Shown here: piece after piece, positions 11,180 to 21,211 of the stretch
Position numbering within the stretch: position 1 is the first letter of the stretch
How the letters are laid out: each line of letters starts with the position of its first letter
Origin: Opitutales bacterium
Lineage (GTDB): Bacteria; Verrucomicrobiota; Verrucomicrobiia; Opitutales; PNEW01
Length of the DNA: 64,000 bases
NCBI GenBank assembly: GCA_965197745.1
Contig: CBDANS010000006.1
Span: forward strand, 288,001 to 352,000
Direction of reading: 5' to 3'
Notes under the pieces: model-generated
Databases searched by the model: none
Seen by the model: the letters and a program-made list of their open reading frames with translations, nothing else
Told to the model about the DNA's origin: nothing
Made by a program: the position numbers and the translations under genes

Positions 11180-12673
11180 ATGAAAATAAAATTTAGTGGG
11201 AGCATCGCGCTCATTCTCTTGGCTTCGGTTATAAATCTTTCCGGAGAAAACGGTCCATCGGTTGGGATGATTATCCAGAGATCACAACAGTTGCTCATGA
11301 ACGGACAGCACGCCCAGGCAACTGAGCTGCTCACCAGTGAGATCGCCATGAGGTCAGGCCCCGGTGCCGATGCCCAGGCACAGTCAGAAAATATGCAGCT
11401 GAGGGGGCTACTGGGAGACATCTATATGGAGCTATACCAAAGCGAAAAGGCGGTAGAACAGTATGATGAAATTATCAAACTCAACCCGAATTTCGCATTT
11501 CCCTATTTTATGAAAGGTAAAGCACTGGCGACGATGCAGGGACGAACTTTAGAAGCCCTCGAGACCTATCAAATCAGTGAAAGGCTCGGGTACGCGGAGT
11601 CGGAGCTCTATTCAGGTATCGGATGGTGTTTTATGATGTTAACTGAAGAGGGCAATCTGGATGAAGCGCAATATAAGCAGTATGTCAGTCACGCGATCAG
11701 TTATTTTAAAGCAGCTATATCCAAAGATCCTGAAAACCTTTCCGCATTGGGAAATTTAGCAGATTTACAGTTCAACATTGGAAACTATGAGGGGGCGATC
11801 AAGAACTATGAAAGACTTACTAAAAATACCCCGGGGAAAGCTCCCATTCTCATTCGTATGGGAGACGCCTATATAAAGGTGGGTAAAATACCGGAAGCTA
11901 TTGAAATCCTGATAAAAGCCCAAGCTGCACTACCGAAGATCAGTGAACTTCACAATAATTTAGATAAAAGTGTGGTCATAGATTCCATGATACGCATTCA
12001 GCTGTATCTCGGCCAGGCGCTGACCTTAAAGAAGCGATTTCGGGAAGCGAAAAGAGCATTCGAGACCGTAATTGTTCTTACTGAAAGAACGGAATTAAGT
12101 ATGGCGCCCAGTGAGAAAAAGATGTTCCAGGAAAAGGCGCAAAAAGCGATCGACTTCTTCACATCTGAACCCGGATTTCAGACCTTTACGAGTAAGGGGC
12201 ACGAGAAAGCTGGAGAATTGGATTTTTCCCTCGATTACCCGAATGGTTGGTTTGCCAAGGAATCGAAAAAAACAAGCACTCTGAAAGTATTTTGGGAATA
12301 TCCTTCTTCCTATTGTGATAGCATCTCCATTGTCATACCGCCCGGACAGAATCTTGATAAACCTGATATCTCCCATGAGCGATTTTTAACCCTTTTTGAG
12401 AGTCCACGACTTTCTGGCGTTCCTTCTGGAACAATTTCTGTTCAGAAAAAATTATTAGAAGATTATAAGTACCCCGCTGGATTTGTGGATTATTTCAGGC
12501 CTTCATCGAGTAAAAAAGATGCCGGTCAGTACTCGGTCAGAAAATATATTATTTATCTCGGCAACCAGATGGTATGGGTGGTCTTTAGTTTTTATCCTGA
12601 AGAAGACATCGACAAATTTAAAGATTCGGGGCCTTGGATGGAAACGATCATCGACAGCCTGGTTCAATTGTAG
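11180..12673 (+). CDS. Secreted tetratricopeptide-repeat protein with an unknown C-terminal domain
   Basis: Signal peptide MKIKFSGSIALILLAS; several TPR-like repeats (e.g. DPENLSALGNLADLQFNIGNYEGAIKNYERL). Confidence 0.8.
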   Translation: MKIKFSGSIALILLASVINLSGENGPSVGMIIQRSQQLLMNGQHAQATELLTSEIAMRSGPGADAQAQSENMQLRGLLGDIYMELYQSEKAVEQYDEIIKLNPNFAFPYFMKGKALATMQGRTLEALETYQISERLGYAESELYSGIGWCFMMLTEEGNLDEAQYKQYVSHAISYFKAAISKDPENLSALGNLADLQFNIGNYEGAIKNYERLTKNTPGKAPILIRMGDAYIKVGKIPEAIEILIKAQAALPKISELHNNLDKSVVIDSMIRIQLYLGQALTLKKRFREAKRAFETVIVLTERTELSMAPSEKKMFQEKAQKAIDFFTSEPGFQTFTSKGHEKAGELDFSLDYPNGWFAKESKKTSTLKVFWEYPSSYCDSISIVIPPGQNLDKPDISHERFLTLFESPRLSGVPSGTISVQKKLLEDYKYPAGFVDYFRPSSSKKDAGQYSVRKYIIYLGNQMVWVVFSFYPEEDIDKFKDSGPWMETIIDSLVQL

Positions 12674-12687
12674 ATGTTCTTGGTAAC

Positions 12688-12839
12688 GGCCACGACGACG
12701 CGTGGCCCTCCAGATAGGAATGATTAAGGATCCATGTTGGAGGGACGCGCGTTGTCGCGTCCGTATTGTTTACGCATTATGCCATCGGAATATATTCATA
12801 AATTATAGCGGCAGCGGCCACGACGACGCGTGGCCCTCC
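12688..12839. repeat. BIME-like REP array: B 12688-12711, A 12739-12762, B 12816-12839
   Basis: Perfect palindromes; spacers are homologous to 8399-8425 and to the RAYT 3' end. Confidence 0.92.
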
Positions 12840-12848
12840 ATCCTATAC

Positions 12849-12876
12849 CAATCGGCAATCGACAATCGACAATCGA
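12849..12876 (-). repeat. Heptamer tract (CGACAAT orientation)
   Basis: caat cggcaat cgacaat cgacaat cga. Confidence 0.8.
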
Positions 12877-12877
12877 T

Positions 12878-15800
12878 TCACTCTTCCTTTTCCGGAGTCG
12901 GGATAGAGGGGATACTCCCGGGAGTAACTTTTTCAGAAACGTCTTCACCTGAGCGGTTGCGTATTTTCTGCGTGAAGTCGCTGAAAAGGGTATAGACTAC
13001 GGGCACGATAAGGAGAGTGAAAATGGTGCTGGTAATGAGCCCGCCGATGGCGACCACCCCGAGGGGTCGACGGCTTTCAGCCCCGGCGCCAAATCCGATA
13101 GCAATCGGAAGTATACCGGCTATCGTTGAAAAGGTGGTCATCAAGATCGGGCGCAGGCGAATTTTGCCGGAAATTTTAATCGCTTCCATCGCGCTCTTTC
13201 CCTTCGCTATCTGCTGGTTGGCAAATTCAATGAGAAGGATGGAGTTCTTCGTGGCCAGAGCAATGAGGAGGACAAACCCGATCTGACTGAAAAGGTTGAT
13301 ATTCATGGCGGGGATACGCGGAATGATTGCTGCCATTACTTTGGCAAATGTCGGGGGATCGGGCGCGTAGTTGGCCCAACCGTAGAACATTTCACCAAGA
13401 AAGTTTACCCAGCTAAGAAGATAAAGCGCCCCAAAGGCACCGAGGGCAGCTAAGGGCACGGCGACGATGACCGTTAGTGGGTGAACAAGACTTTCAAACT
13501 GTGAGGCTAGAACCATGAAAACGACGATAAGGGCAATTAACATTACCCAATAGATATCTTTTGTCGTTTCTTTCATGTTTTTCGCATCACCAGCCCAAGA
13601 GTATCGGAAACCGGCGGGCATAGTTTCATCAACCACATCCAAAGCCCTTTCAATGGCGGTACCAAGAGGTATCCCTACAGGTGAGCCCTCAACCGTCGCG
13701 GAGCGGCTTCGATTGTAATGATAAATAGTATTTGGACCGCCACCTGGTTTGAGTGTAACCACATTGCTCAATTGAATAAGCTGTCCTTCCGTATTACGTA
13801 TGTAAAGCCGCTCCACGTCGGAAGGAGTAAGGCGTGACTCGCGATCGAGCTGGACAATGACGTCGTATTCCTTACCCCCTCGCTGCACCTGGCTGAGATC
13901 CTGACCGCCGAAAAGTATCTGAAGTGTGCGTGAAAGATCCATTATGGACACCCCCAGGGCTCCTACCCTATTGCGATCAATATGTATGCGTAACTCAGGC
14001 TTATCGAGCTGAAACTGGGTGCGAACATTGCCGAGAAACCCTTCCTCGCGCAACCTGTTCGCCAACACCTTGGAATAATCATTGAGCGCATTAAGGTCAT
14101 CGTGTTGCAAGACAAGTTGAAATGATTGTCCCCAGCCACCGCTGATAGCTTTCGGCAAGATCGGTATGGAAATAGCCCCTTCCACTTCATTAAAAAAACG
14201 CGCCCCAATACCATTAGGAGCTCCCACAATATCCTGCACCGAGAGGTCGCGCTCTTTACGGTCTTTGAAGCGGACAAACATTAAACCCTGTGACGCCTTG
14301 CCCGGCCCACCCCGACCGAGAGCGACGGCGGAAAAGAATCCCCCCACCCCGGGTGTTTCATGCATGATAACTTCCATCTGCCGCACCATGCGGTCGGTGT
14401 ATTCGCTGGTCGCACCCTCAGGGGCAATGGCCAGACAGAAGAGTCTCCCCTTATCTTCTTCAGGCAGAAAGTCTTTTTCCAATTGCATGTATGTTAAGAT
14501 GCTTAGCGCTACGATAATCAGGCTCCCAATTACGACTGCTGGTCGATGCCTGAGCACCAGTGAAAGGATGCGCTCATAGTTAGTCGTAGTCTTTTCCATC
14601 CATCGCTCGAAGAGATTAAATAAGGCGCCGTGTTTTTCCCGGTTAACGGGTTTGAGCACGCGCGCTGAAATCATCGGAGTTAAAGTAAGAGCGACGAATG
14701 AGGAAATGATGACTGAACCCGAGAGCGCTATGGCAAATTCAATGAAGAGGCGTCCGGTCAGGCTGGTCTGCAGCGCCATAGGAAGAAATACGGCTGCCAG
14801 TGATAAGGTAGTTGCGATCACCGCAAAAACGATTTCCTTCATACCCTCGATTGCAGCCTGCATGGGCTTTTGCCCTTCTTCTATGTGTCGATATATATTT
14901 TCAAGGACAACAATAGAGTCGTCGACGACAACCCCGATGGTTAAAACCATCGCCATCATCGTCACAATATTAATTGAGAATCCCATGAAGTAGAGGACGG
15001 CGAAGCAGCCCATCACCGCTACGGGAATGGCGACACTGGGAATAAAAGTGGAACGTACGTTCCGCAGGAATATAAAGATGGTTATGACAACGAGAATAAA
15101 AGCGATGAAGAGGGTTCTCCAAACCTCCTCAATCGCTTTCTCCACATAGATGCTTTCGTCATAAGCAATAAAAAATTCCACACCTTCTGGAAGCCAGGGT
15201 TTGAGTCGCTCCAGCTCTGTTTTAATCCCGCTGGCCACTTCGACCGTATTTGCCTTTGACTGTTTCACGACTCCAAGGCCAACCGCAGGTTTGGAGTTGT
15301 AGCGTGCGACAGAGCGCTCGTCTTCTACACCCACTTCTGCATAGCCGATGTCCTGCAGACGAATGAGGTTGTCACGATCTTCACGGATGATGAGACGGTT
15401 AAATTCATCCACTGTTCTCAATTCTCCCAAGGTCTGGATAGCCAACTCACGCTCACGGTTTTCAACACGCCCGCTCGGCAATTCCAGGTTCTGTCGTCTA
15501 AGCGCGTTCTCGACATCCAGGACCGTAATCCCATGAGCGGTCATTTTATCTGAGTCGAGCCAGAATCGAATAGCAAAGCGTTTTTCTCCACCGAGGATGA
15601 CATTGCTGACACCACGAACGGTTTGCAGGGGATCCTTGAGGATTTCTTCACCAATATCGGAAAGTTCCAGTGTGGAGTAGCGCTCTCCAAATAGCGCAAT
15701 CCATAAAAACGGCCGGGCGTCACCATCCTGCTTTGCGACGATGGGTTCATTAATTTCTTCAGGAAGGTCTTCACGCGCGCGCGCGACCCGGTCGCGAACA

Positions 15801-16120
15801 TCCTGAGCGGCAAGGTCTATATCACGCGCGAGGACAAACTGCACAGTAATATTGCTCACCTGTTCCCGACTTTCACTGGTCAGGGTTTTGATGCCTTCGG
15901 TGGTATTGATTACCTCTTCCAGTTTTTCCGTAATCTCAGTTTCCACCACCTCCGCGCTTGCTCCGGGATACACGGTATTGACATTGACTATCGGTGGATC
16001 GATATCGGGCAGTTCCCGCACCGGCAATCGACTGATCGCGATAAGACCAAAAAGAATGAGCCCAAGATTCATCATCGAGGCGAGCACCGGTCGCTTGATG
16101 CAGATTTCAGGTAATTTCAT
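12878..16120 (-). CDS. RND efflux permease, AcrB/AcrD/AcrF family
   Basis: RPV start, GVVVDDSIVVLENI, KNSILLIEF and RLRPILMT motifs; 1080 aa. Confidence 0.95.
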   Translation of the reverse strand: MKLPEICIKRPVLASMMNLGLILFGLIAISRLPVRELPDIDPPIVNVNTVYPGASAEVVETEITEKLEEVINTTEGIKTLTSESREQVSNITVQFVLARDIDLAAQDVRDRVARAREDLPEEINEPIVAKQDGDARPFLWIALFGERYSTLELSDIGEEILKDPLQTVRGVSNVILGGEKRFAIRFWLDSDKMTAHGITVLDVENALRRQNLELPSGRVENRERELAIQTLGELRTVDEFNRLIIREDRDNLIRLQDIGYAEVGVEDERSVARYNSKPAVGLGVVKQSKANTVEVASGIKTELERLKPWLPEGVEFFIAYDESIYVEKAIEEVWRTLFIAFILVVITIFIFLRNVRSTFIPSVAIPVAVMGCFAVLYFMGFSINIVTMMAMVLTIGVVVDDSIVVLENIYRHIEEGQKPMQAAIEGMKEIVFAVIATTLSLAAVFLPMALQTSLTGRLFIEFAIALSGSVIISSFVALTLTPMISARVLKPVNREKHGALFNLFERWMEKTTTNYERILSLVLRHRPAVVIGSLIIVALSILTYMQLEKDFLPEEDKGRLFCLAIAPEGATSEYTDRMVRQMEVIMHETPGVGGFFSAVALGRGGPGKASQGLMFVRFKDRKERDLSVQDIVGAPNGIGARFFNEVEGAISIPILPKAISGGWGQSFQLVLQHDDLNALNDYSKVLANRLREEGFLGNVRTQFQLDKPELRIHIDRNRVGALGVSIMDLSRTLQILFGGQDLSQVQRGGKEYDVIVQLDRESRLTPSDVERLYIRNTEGQLIQLSNVVTLKPGGGPNTIYHYNRSRSATVEGSPVGIPLGTAIERALDVVDETMPAGFRYSWAGDAKNMKETTKDIYWVMLIALIVVFMVLASQFESLVHPLTVIVAVPLAALGAFGALYLLSWVNFLGEMFYGWANYAPDPPTFAKVMAAIIPRIPAMNINLFSQIGFVLLIALATKNSILLIEFANQQIAKGKSAMEAIKISGKIRLRPILMTTFSTIAGILPIAIGFGAGAESRRPLGVVAIGGLITSTIFTLLIVPVVYTLFSDFTQKIRNRSGEDVSEKVTPGSIPSIPTPEKEE

Positions 16121-16148
16121 GGACTTGCTGATTGGTGATTTGAATGAT

Positions 16149-16170
16149 GTCGGGCCTCGCCCTCGGTAAC
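16149..16170 (+). repeat. 22-nt dispersed element, copy 3
   Basis: gtcgggcctcgccctcggtaac. Confidence 0.75.
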
Positions 16171-16213
16171 GATAGTCTCTAGCGCTTCTCGATAACTTAT
16201 CTTCCCCTACTCC

Positions 16214-16247
16214 AGATTGCCACGTCGCGATGATCCTCGCAATGAGA
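16214..16247 (-). repeat. GTCATTGCGAG...GCAATC palindromic repeat family member
   Basis: agattgccacgtcgcgatgatcctcgcaatgaga; similar to 33435-33477 and to the reverse complement of 18777-18804. Confidence 0.65.
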
Positions 16248-16288
16248 AAGGAATAAATCGTATTTCAATCGAGAATCGCCGGCTCTTC

Positions 16289-17389
16289 TCATCCGGTGTC
16301 AAGATTAGACGAAAATTCAGGTTGCCCGGCCTCTACGGATAAAGGATTCACTAATGAACCGGGGCCTACTTTTTGATGTCCTTCGATAATCACTCGCTCA
16401 TCCACCCGCAATCCACCAGTGATTTCAACTTCACCATCAAGTCGCAAGCCGGTAGTTACATAATTTTCCTGCACGGTATTATCGCCATTCACCACCATGA
16501 CCTGCGTTTTATTACCCTGCGTAATCAAGGCTGACTCAGGAATTACGAGCGCCTCGTCTTTAACTTGCAAAACAAGTTCAAGATTACCAAACATGCCCGG
16601 CTTTAGACGTCCACTTTCGTTTTCGATAGTGGCACGGACAAAGATGGTACGCGTATCTTCATCTACTTCGGGAGCTATAAAATAAACAGTTCCGGAATAC
16701 TTTTCTTCGGAGTAAGCGGCTACCGTGATAAAAATCTCCTGATCAATGTGCAGTTCATTGAGGAAACGTTCCGGCACGCGAAAATCTGCCTTGATGGGGT
16801 TAGAGTCGACAAGGGTCGTGATAGTCTCACCTTGCGGGATAAACTGACCCGGACTCACGCGCCTGTAGCCTACTACCCCGTTAAAGGGCGCTCGCAAGAT
16901 ACTGTCCTCCAGTTGACGACGGCGAAGTTCGAGCAATGCGTTTAAAGCTGAAAACCTGGATATAGCCTGATCAAATTCCTGTTGTGAAACGGTGTTACTC
17001 TGGAGAAGACTGAGGTAGCGTTCACGATTAATTTTAGCGAGTTCAAAATTAGCTTCTGCTTCAGACACCCGAGCACGTAGCTTTTCTGTATCTAATTCAA
17101 AAATAAGATCACCCGCTTCAACTTTATCCCCTTCTTTAAAATGAATGTTTGTTACCACACCGCTGATTAAATTTTTAATTTCCACCCGCTCATTAGGCGC
17201 CAGCGTAGCGACAAGATTAATTTTATCAGAAACAGGTTTCAACTCCGGCTCTATCACGATTACGCTGACCGCGAATGCCGGGGGTTGATCTTCATCCTTA
17301 TTACCCCCACAACCAGACAAAAACACTAAAACCCCCATTGAGTATAGCGTCACAAATAGCCACTTGTGCGATGATATAAGAAATTTCAT
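16289..17389 (-). CDS. RND efflux periplasmic adaptor (membrane fusion protein), lipoprotein
   Basis: Lipobox LSGC; lipoyl and hairpin motifs (EGDKVEAGD, LRAPFNG, LKPGMF). Confidence 0.92.
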   Translation of the reverse strand: MKFLISSHKWLFVTLYSMGVLVFLSGCGGNKDEDQPPAFAVSVIVIEPELKPVSDKINLVATLAPNERVEIKNLISGVVTNIHFKEGDKVEAGDLIFELDTEKLRARVSEAEANFELAKINRERYLSLLQSNTVSQQEFDQAISRFSALNALLELRRRQLEDSILRAPFNGVVGYRRVSPGQFIPQGETITTLVDSNPIKADFRVPERFLNELHIDQEIFITVAAYSEEKYSGTVYFIAPEVDEDTRTIFVRATIENESGRLKPGMFGNLELVLQVKDEALVIPESALITQGNKTQVMVVNGDNTVQENYVTTGLRLDGEVEITGGLRVDERVIIEGHQKVGPGSLVNPLSVEAGQPEFSSNLDTG

Positions 17390-17589
17390 GATATTGTATT
17401 TAATGACGCTATAAATTGATCTTCGTTCCGAATGCGATATTCATTTGTCTATTTTCCAATGTCGATTGAAAAGATCGCCGCACATGCACAAGAGTCACAA
17501 ATATATGTAATTAAATTATTTAATAATATGAAGGGATAGATTAGTGATATTGCCCATCAAATCTGATAAACACCCATTAATCTAATACC

Positions 17590-17725
17590 GGAGTGCCACG
17601 CGCTGGCCTGTCGGCCATAGCCCCGCCACTGCGGGGCGACGGCTGATCGTGGCCGCTATTTAGAATGAATATTTTCCACTGGCATGATGCGTAAATAATA
17701 CGGACGCGACAACGCGCGTCCCTCC
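17590..17725. repeat. REP B with hairpin insert (17590-17654), RAYT-derived spacer, REP A (17702-17725)
   Basis: ggag-tgccacg-cgct-[insert, reverse complement]-t-cgtggcc ... ggacgcgacaacgcgcgtccctcc. Confidence 0.9.
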
Positions 17726-17850
17726 AATTATTTTCAGGTCAGGAGTCCAGGAACCCTTAAGGAAATGCTTTATAAGCGTATTCTATGTTTTACTTTCTTG
17801 AAAAAGCTTGTTCGTTAAGCCCTCAAGTTTAACAATTGGTGTGTCCTAAA

Positions 17851-18702
17851 ATGCAAAGCGCAATAAACAGTAATACCAGTGAGACGGTTTCCGACTGGAA
17901 CCTTTTTGGCGCTCTGGGCAGATTATATCGCTACCGCGAAATTTTACGTCAGTTAGTCATGCGCAACATAAAGTCAAGACACCAGGGAAGTTATCTGGGC
18001 AGTCTCTGGCAATTATTAAACCCCCTGCTAATGATGTCTCTCTACACCTTTGTCTTTGGATATATATTCAGGGGCACTTATCACTCTTCCCCTCAAGAAA
18101 CTACGCTCGAATACGGGCTAGGCATTTTTTTGAGCATTACCATTTATCAGTTCCTTGCAGAAATTCTCATGGTCTCACCAGGACTCTTGATCAATCATCC
18201 TAATTATGTAAAAAAAGTTGTCTTTCCCCTGGATGTATTACCGGTAGCCATTGTCGGGACAGCACTATACTATTTTCTTCTCACCCTCATCCTTGTCCTA
18301 TTGGGCATTATATTCTTAGGCCCCGGCTTGAGCCCCAATGCGCTTTGGATGCCCGTCATCCTTCTCCCTTTTTTTCTCACCGCGCTTGGCCTGGCATGGA
18401 TCTTTTCCGCAGTCGGGGTGTTCTTTCGCGATATCAATCAGCTGACAAATTTTCTCAGTCTCGCCCTCCTTTACTCGAGTGCGGTATTTTACTCATCGAA
18501 ACAAATACCCGAACCCATCTGGCAATTCCTGAAATTCAATCCGCTCATCCATACTGTTGAGTTATCCCGACAAGTCTTACTCTGGGGACAGAGTCCGGAA
18601 ATACAACCCCTCGCCTATCTTTACGGGTTCAGCATTATCTTCGTCTGGTTAGGTTATGTTGCCTTTAACAAAATGAAACCCGCTTTTGCCGATGTCATAT
18701 GA
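17851..18702 (+). CDS. wzm: ABC-2 polysaccharide exporter permease
   Basis: RHQGSYLGSLW, VKKVVFP, FFRD, NPL and terminal FADVI motifs. Confidence 0.92.
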   Translation: MQSAINSNTSETVSDWNLFGALGRLYRYREILRQLVMRNIKSRHQGSYLGSLWQLLNPLLMMSLYTFVFGYIFRGTYHSSPQETTLEYGLGIFLSITIYQFLAEILMVSPGLLINHPNYVKKVVFPLDVLPVAIVGTALYYFLLTLILVLLGIIFLGPGLSPNALWMPVILLPFFLTALGLAWIFSAVGVFFRDINQLTNFLSLALLYSSAVFYSSKQIPEPIWQFLKFNPLIHTVELSRQVLLWGQSPEIQPLAYLYGFSIIFVWLGYVAFNKMKPAFADVI

Positions 18703-18730
18703 ACAATTTTCGAATGTTGATTTGAAAGAC

Positions 18731-18752
18731 GTCGGGCTTCACCCTCGGTACC
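18731..18752 (+). repeat. 22-nt dispersed element, copy 4
   Basis: gtcgggcttcaccctcggtacc. Confidence 0.78.
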
Positions 18753-18776
18753 GATTGCCGAATTCGGATTTATATT

Positions 18777-18804
18777 GTCATTGCGAGCGGAGCGCGGCAA
18801 TCCA
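18777..18804 (+). repeat. GTCATTGCGAG...GCAATC palindromic repeat family member
   Basis: gtcattgcgagcggagcgcggcaatcca. Confidence 0.7.
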
Positions 18805-19119
18805 GGGGTAAGCCAGTAAACCGTTCATCCTTTCCTACTGAACAATACTCAGGATATGGCTACTAAACCTGCAAGGTAAAATCACGCCATCAATATTTAA
18901 GGATATAATTTAGACATCCCATGGATCACCGCAGTCGACTATGCCTCCTTCCCGATGTAAAAAAAGCAATAATAGTTGCACCTTTACAAGGCGTTAACGT
19001 TATATACGGAATTGCGGATTGATTGAATAGTCACATAAATTATTCGATTAAAAGTTTTTATCGTCACCGGCATTGGGGTACGATACGGTCACTTTAAATA
19101 TTTAAATTCCATTTAATTC

Positions 19120-20145
19120 ATGAAACGAGCGTTAATCACGGGGATTACGGGTCAAGATGGGTCCTATCTTACAGAATTACTGATCGATAAAGGATACGAA
19201 GTGCATGGACTCGTCCGTCGGACAAGCACGATGATGGAACGCACCCGGATCGATCCGATACGAGAGCGCAATGCTAGTAACGGTAATCAACTTTATCTCC
19301 ATTACGGTGACCTCACTGATTATGGGTCGCTGCTCGATCTGCTTAACATTGTTCAGCCCGATGAAATTTACAACCTTGCCGCGCAGAGCCATGTCCGTAT
19401 CAGTTTTGATACGCCTGAAAGTACGACTGATATTACAGCTACAGGGACAGTAAGATTACTCGAAGCTGTGCGCCGATCAGGTTTAATCGGTAAAACGCGC
19501 TTTTATCAGGCATCATCTTCTGAAATGTTTGGTAATGCCACAGAAGTGCCGCAGACCGAAACGACCCCCTTTCATCCACGGTCACCTTACGCTTGCGCCA
19601 AGGCTCACGCTCATTGGATAACCATTAATTATCGTGAAGCCTATGGTCTGTATGCCTGTTGTGGAATATTATTTAATCATGAATCACCGCGCCGCGGTGA
19701 AAATTTTGTTACACGAAAAATAACCCAAACGGCAGGACGCATAAAAGCGGGTCTACAGAACAAGCTTACAATGGGGAACCTGAACGCCAAAAAAGATTGG
19801 GGGTACGCCAAAGAATATGTGGAAGGAATGTGGCAGATGCTGCAACAAGATAAAGCCGATGACTACATACTGGCAACGGGTGAACCGCACAGTGTGCAAG
19901 AATTTCTAGAAGCCTCTTTCCAATCATTAGACCTCGATTGGCGCGATTATTATGAACAGGATCCAAGATTTCTGCGCCCTTCAGAAGTAGATTCCCTGAG
20001 GGGTGATTACAGTAAAGCGAATAAAATATTTGGCTGGGAACCTAAAACAAAAATGAAAGAACTGGCTAAATTAATGACGGCGCACGATTATGAACTGGCT
20101 AAGCGAGAATCGCGATCTGATAGGGATTCAAACCCTGCACATTAA
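19120..20145 (+). CDS. gmd: GDP-mannose 4,6-dehydratase
   Basis: [40 protein letters not shown] and [17 protein letters not shown]. Confidence 0.97.
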   Translation: MKRALITGITGQDGSYLTELLIDKGYEVHGLVRRTSTMMERTRIDPIRERNASNGNQLYLHYGDLTDYGSLLDLLNIVQPDEIYNLAAQSHVRISFDTPESTTDITATGTVRLLEAVRRSGLIGKTRFYQASSSEMFGNATEVPQTETTPFHPRSPYACAKAHAHWITINYREAYGLYACCGILFNHESPRRGENFVTRKITQTAGRIKAGLQNKLTMGNLNAKKDWGYAKEYVEGMWQMLQQDKADDYILATGEPHSVQEFLEASFQSLDLDWRDYYEQDPRFLRPSEVDSLRGDYSKANKIFGWEPKTKMKELAKLMTAHDYELAKRESRSDRDSNPAH

Positions 20146-20223
20146 ATGTATAAAATGGCGTTCTTTATCCAATCGCCATACTGATTTCAGGTGTGAGTCA
20201 CTAAAGTATCATAATTATCACCA

Positions 20224-21150
20224 GTGAAGCTATCAATCGTCATCCCGACTTACAATCAAGATACCTTTATCGAAGATGCTATTAATAGCGTCCTCAAGCA
20301 GAGTGACTGTGAAATTGAACTCATTATTTTCGATGCTCTTTCCACCGACCGCACCGCCGAGATAGTTGAAAAATATAAAGGCCGCCTGACGTGGAAGCGA
20401 GAAGCTGACCACGGACAGGTAGATGCTATTCTCCAAGGTTTCAAGGAAAGCAGTGGAGATATCATTGCCTGGCTAAACTCGGATGATGCCTACTTACCGG
20501 GCATTTTTACTCGCGTCGTGAATATTTTTAAATCAGATCCTGATCTTCAATTTATATATGGCGACGCTCTGGATATAGATTCCCGGGGAAATATTCTCGG
20601 TCCCAATTTATTTACTGAAAACAGCGTTCCTCATCGATATTTATATTCACACAATTATATTGTTCAACCGACAATGTTTTTACGCCGCACGGTTCTTAAT
20701 GCCATTGCCCCAATGCGGGAAGATCTTCTATGGACCATGGATTACGAATGGTTCGGGAGAATGTACCTCGCTGGTTTGAAGGGGCATCGCCTTCCCGCTT
20801 TTATCGCTACAAATCGTGATTACGCACACACAAAAACAAATACCGGAGGTTTTGCACGCTATAGGGAAATGCTGCGTGTTCACGCCTCACGATCCGGGCC
20901 GGTATTTTTAACGCGGCGCGCCGTCCGGATTTATACTCTTGAATTTATAATTAAAATATTTCGCAATAAAAAATATTCCATTCAATGTCTGGAAAATCTG
21001 AGTCAACGATTTATCACCTGCTTGGATAAAATATTTCTCAAAACCGTAGCTCCCCGCAGAGAAAATGAGATCATTAAAAATTACCAGGCAGAAATACTTC
21101 CCCGGGGTCCGACCCTGAATGAGCAGTGGGATAATTATAGTGAATTTTAG
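20224..21150 (+). CDS. Glycosyltransferase family 2 (WfgS-like)
   Basis: SIVIPTYN, DALSTD, WLNSDD and QPTMF motifs. Confidence 0.88.
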   Translation: MKLSIVIPTYNQDTFIEDAINSVLKQSDCEIELIIFDALSTDRTAEIVEKYKGRLTWKREADHGQVDAILQGFKESSGDIIAWLNSDDAYLPGIFTRVVNIFKSDPDLQFIYGDALDIDSRGNILGPNLFTENSVPHRYLYSHNYIVQPTMFLRRTVLNAIAPMREDLLWTMDYEWFGRMYLAGLKGHRLPAFIATNRDYAHTKTNTGGFARYREMLRVHASRSGPVFLTRRAVRIYTLEFIIKIFRNKKYSIQCLENLSQRFITCLDKIFLKTVAPRRENEIIKNYQAEILPRGPTLNEQWDNYSEF

Positions 21151-21171
21151 ATTGATGCAGGATACAGGATG

Positions 21172-21211
21172 GTGAACAGTGAACAGTGAACAGTGAACAG
21201 TGAACAGTGAA
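21172..21211 (+). repeat. Perfect heptamer tandem repeat (GTGAACA)5 plus a partial unit
   Basis: Direct reading. Confidence 0.95.
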
